DNA of 41,167 bases, from contig JAHKLV010000140.1 in NCBI GenBank assembly GCA_020854925.1, positions 1 through 41,167 on the forward strand, in the 5' to 3' direction. Source of the DNA: Candidatus Methanofastidiosia archaeon. Lineage in GTDB: Archaea; Methanobacteriota_B; Thermococci; Methanofastidiosales; NM3. Below are positions 40,856 through 41,167 of this stretch, piece by piece. A model generated the notes under the pieces. That model saw only the letters and a program-made list of their open reading frames with translations, was not told the origin of the DNA and searched no databases. Each line of letters starts with the position of its first letter. Position 1 is the stretch's first letter. A program made the translations under genes and the position numbers.

Positions 40856-41167
40856 AACCGTCCCCCGTGCCGCAGGATAACCAGCATCAAGGAAAACGGC
40901 GCCCATGAGCGCCTCGAGCGATTCGGCAAGGACCGAGGACACGCAGGCTGCGCCTTGGCGGGCCTCACCCTTTCCAAGAAGGAGACACGGTCCAAGACTG
41001 ATACCCTCGGCGATGGAAGCCAGTGCCCCTTCTCGCTCAGCCTGACTCGTTCGAAGGGAAATCTCTCCACGGCCCGTAGCTCCTGCCGCCACGAGCAGGT
41101 CCACAAGCGCCAGGCGTATGACTGCATCCCCGAGCGTGCGAAACGCCTCTTGATCCTCAACCACCCG
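40835..41167 (-). CDS. RNase III-domain protein, partial (N-terminus probably outside the window), no dsRBD
   Basis: RNase III signature-like FRTLGDAVIRLALVDLL and LESLEALMGAVFLDAG. The ORF ends about 12 aa after the catalytic domain. Confidence 0.6.
   Translation of the reverse strand, partial: RVVEDQEAFRTLGDAVIRLALVDLLVAAGATGRGEISLRTSQAEREGALASIAEGISLGPCLLLGKGEARQGAACVSSVLAESLEALMGAVFLDAGYPAARGTVSHLFAI

Noticed and set aside
544-41160. Many long ORFs antisense to, or out of frame with, the called genes. Examples are 993-1457, 3175-3780, 5976-6620, 33631-34656, 37748-38878 and 40618-41160.
   Set aside because: These are Arg/Pro/Gly/Ala-rich shadow ORFs typical of GC-rich DNA. Each is fully embedded in a gene with strong family motifs on the other strand or frame.
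1-41167. Search for CRISPR arrays, transposases, integrases, rRNA genes, toxin-antitoxin pairs and known defence genes.
   Set aside because: None was found by eye. There are no regularly spaced direct repeats and no IS-like terminal inverted repeats. No ORF carries integrase, transposase or Cas hallmarks.

Overview
This window is archaeal chromosomal DNA. The evidence is aIF5A, ribosomal protein S3Ae, Nob1, pyruvoyl arginine decarboxylase, an A1:U72 initiator tRNA, and TATA boxes about 26 nt upstream of leaderless starts. HdrABC, MvhD and a RamA-like corrinoid activase suggest a GC-rich methanogen, possibly a methyl-reducing one; this is inference. I call about 44 CDS and 5 tRNA genes, all with encoded CCA. 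I saw no rRNA, CRISPR array, transposase or integrase. From left to right the content is:
- An AT-rich block abutting tRNA-Arg.
- A disulfide oxidoreductase and a cluster-less MutY-like glycosylase.
- An Opu-type quaternary-amine ABC importer.
- An MMPL/RND exporter paired with a UbiA prenyltransferase.
- A rhodanese plus MBL-rhodanese sulfur module.
- A four-gene DNA-damage cluster: methyltransferase, class II photolyase, radical SAM protein and DUF4130 protein.
- An ABC-2 exporter, then rps3ae and tRNAs.
- An orphan RamA-like gene, and a leaderless CheY-like receiver between tRNA-Glu and the initiator tRNA.
- A COG1900-ferredoxin homocysteine-synthesis gene.
- pdaD/IMPase/nadK/nob1 diverging from aIF5A/speB.
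- An HD phosphohydrolase and PD-(D/E)XK nuclease pair, followed by an unannotated small RHH-like ORF.
- fdhD-mobA.
- A gap-free seven-gene operon: hdrC-hdrB-hdrA-mvhD-FeS protein-fdhA-membrane protein.
- An isochorismatase-family gene, an AlkD-like gene and a partial RNase III-domain gene.
The strongest candidate for something undescribed is the formate dehydrogenase wired into the hdr operon. It has a non-canonical Fe-S partner and an internally duplicated membrane protein translationally coupled to fdhA. All calls come from reading the sequence and recalling family motifs; no searches were run.
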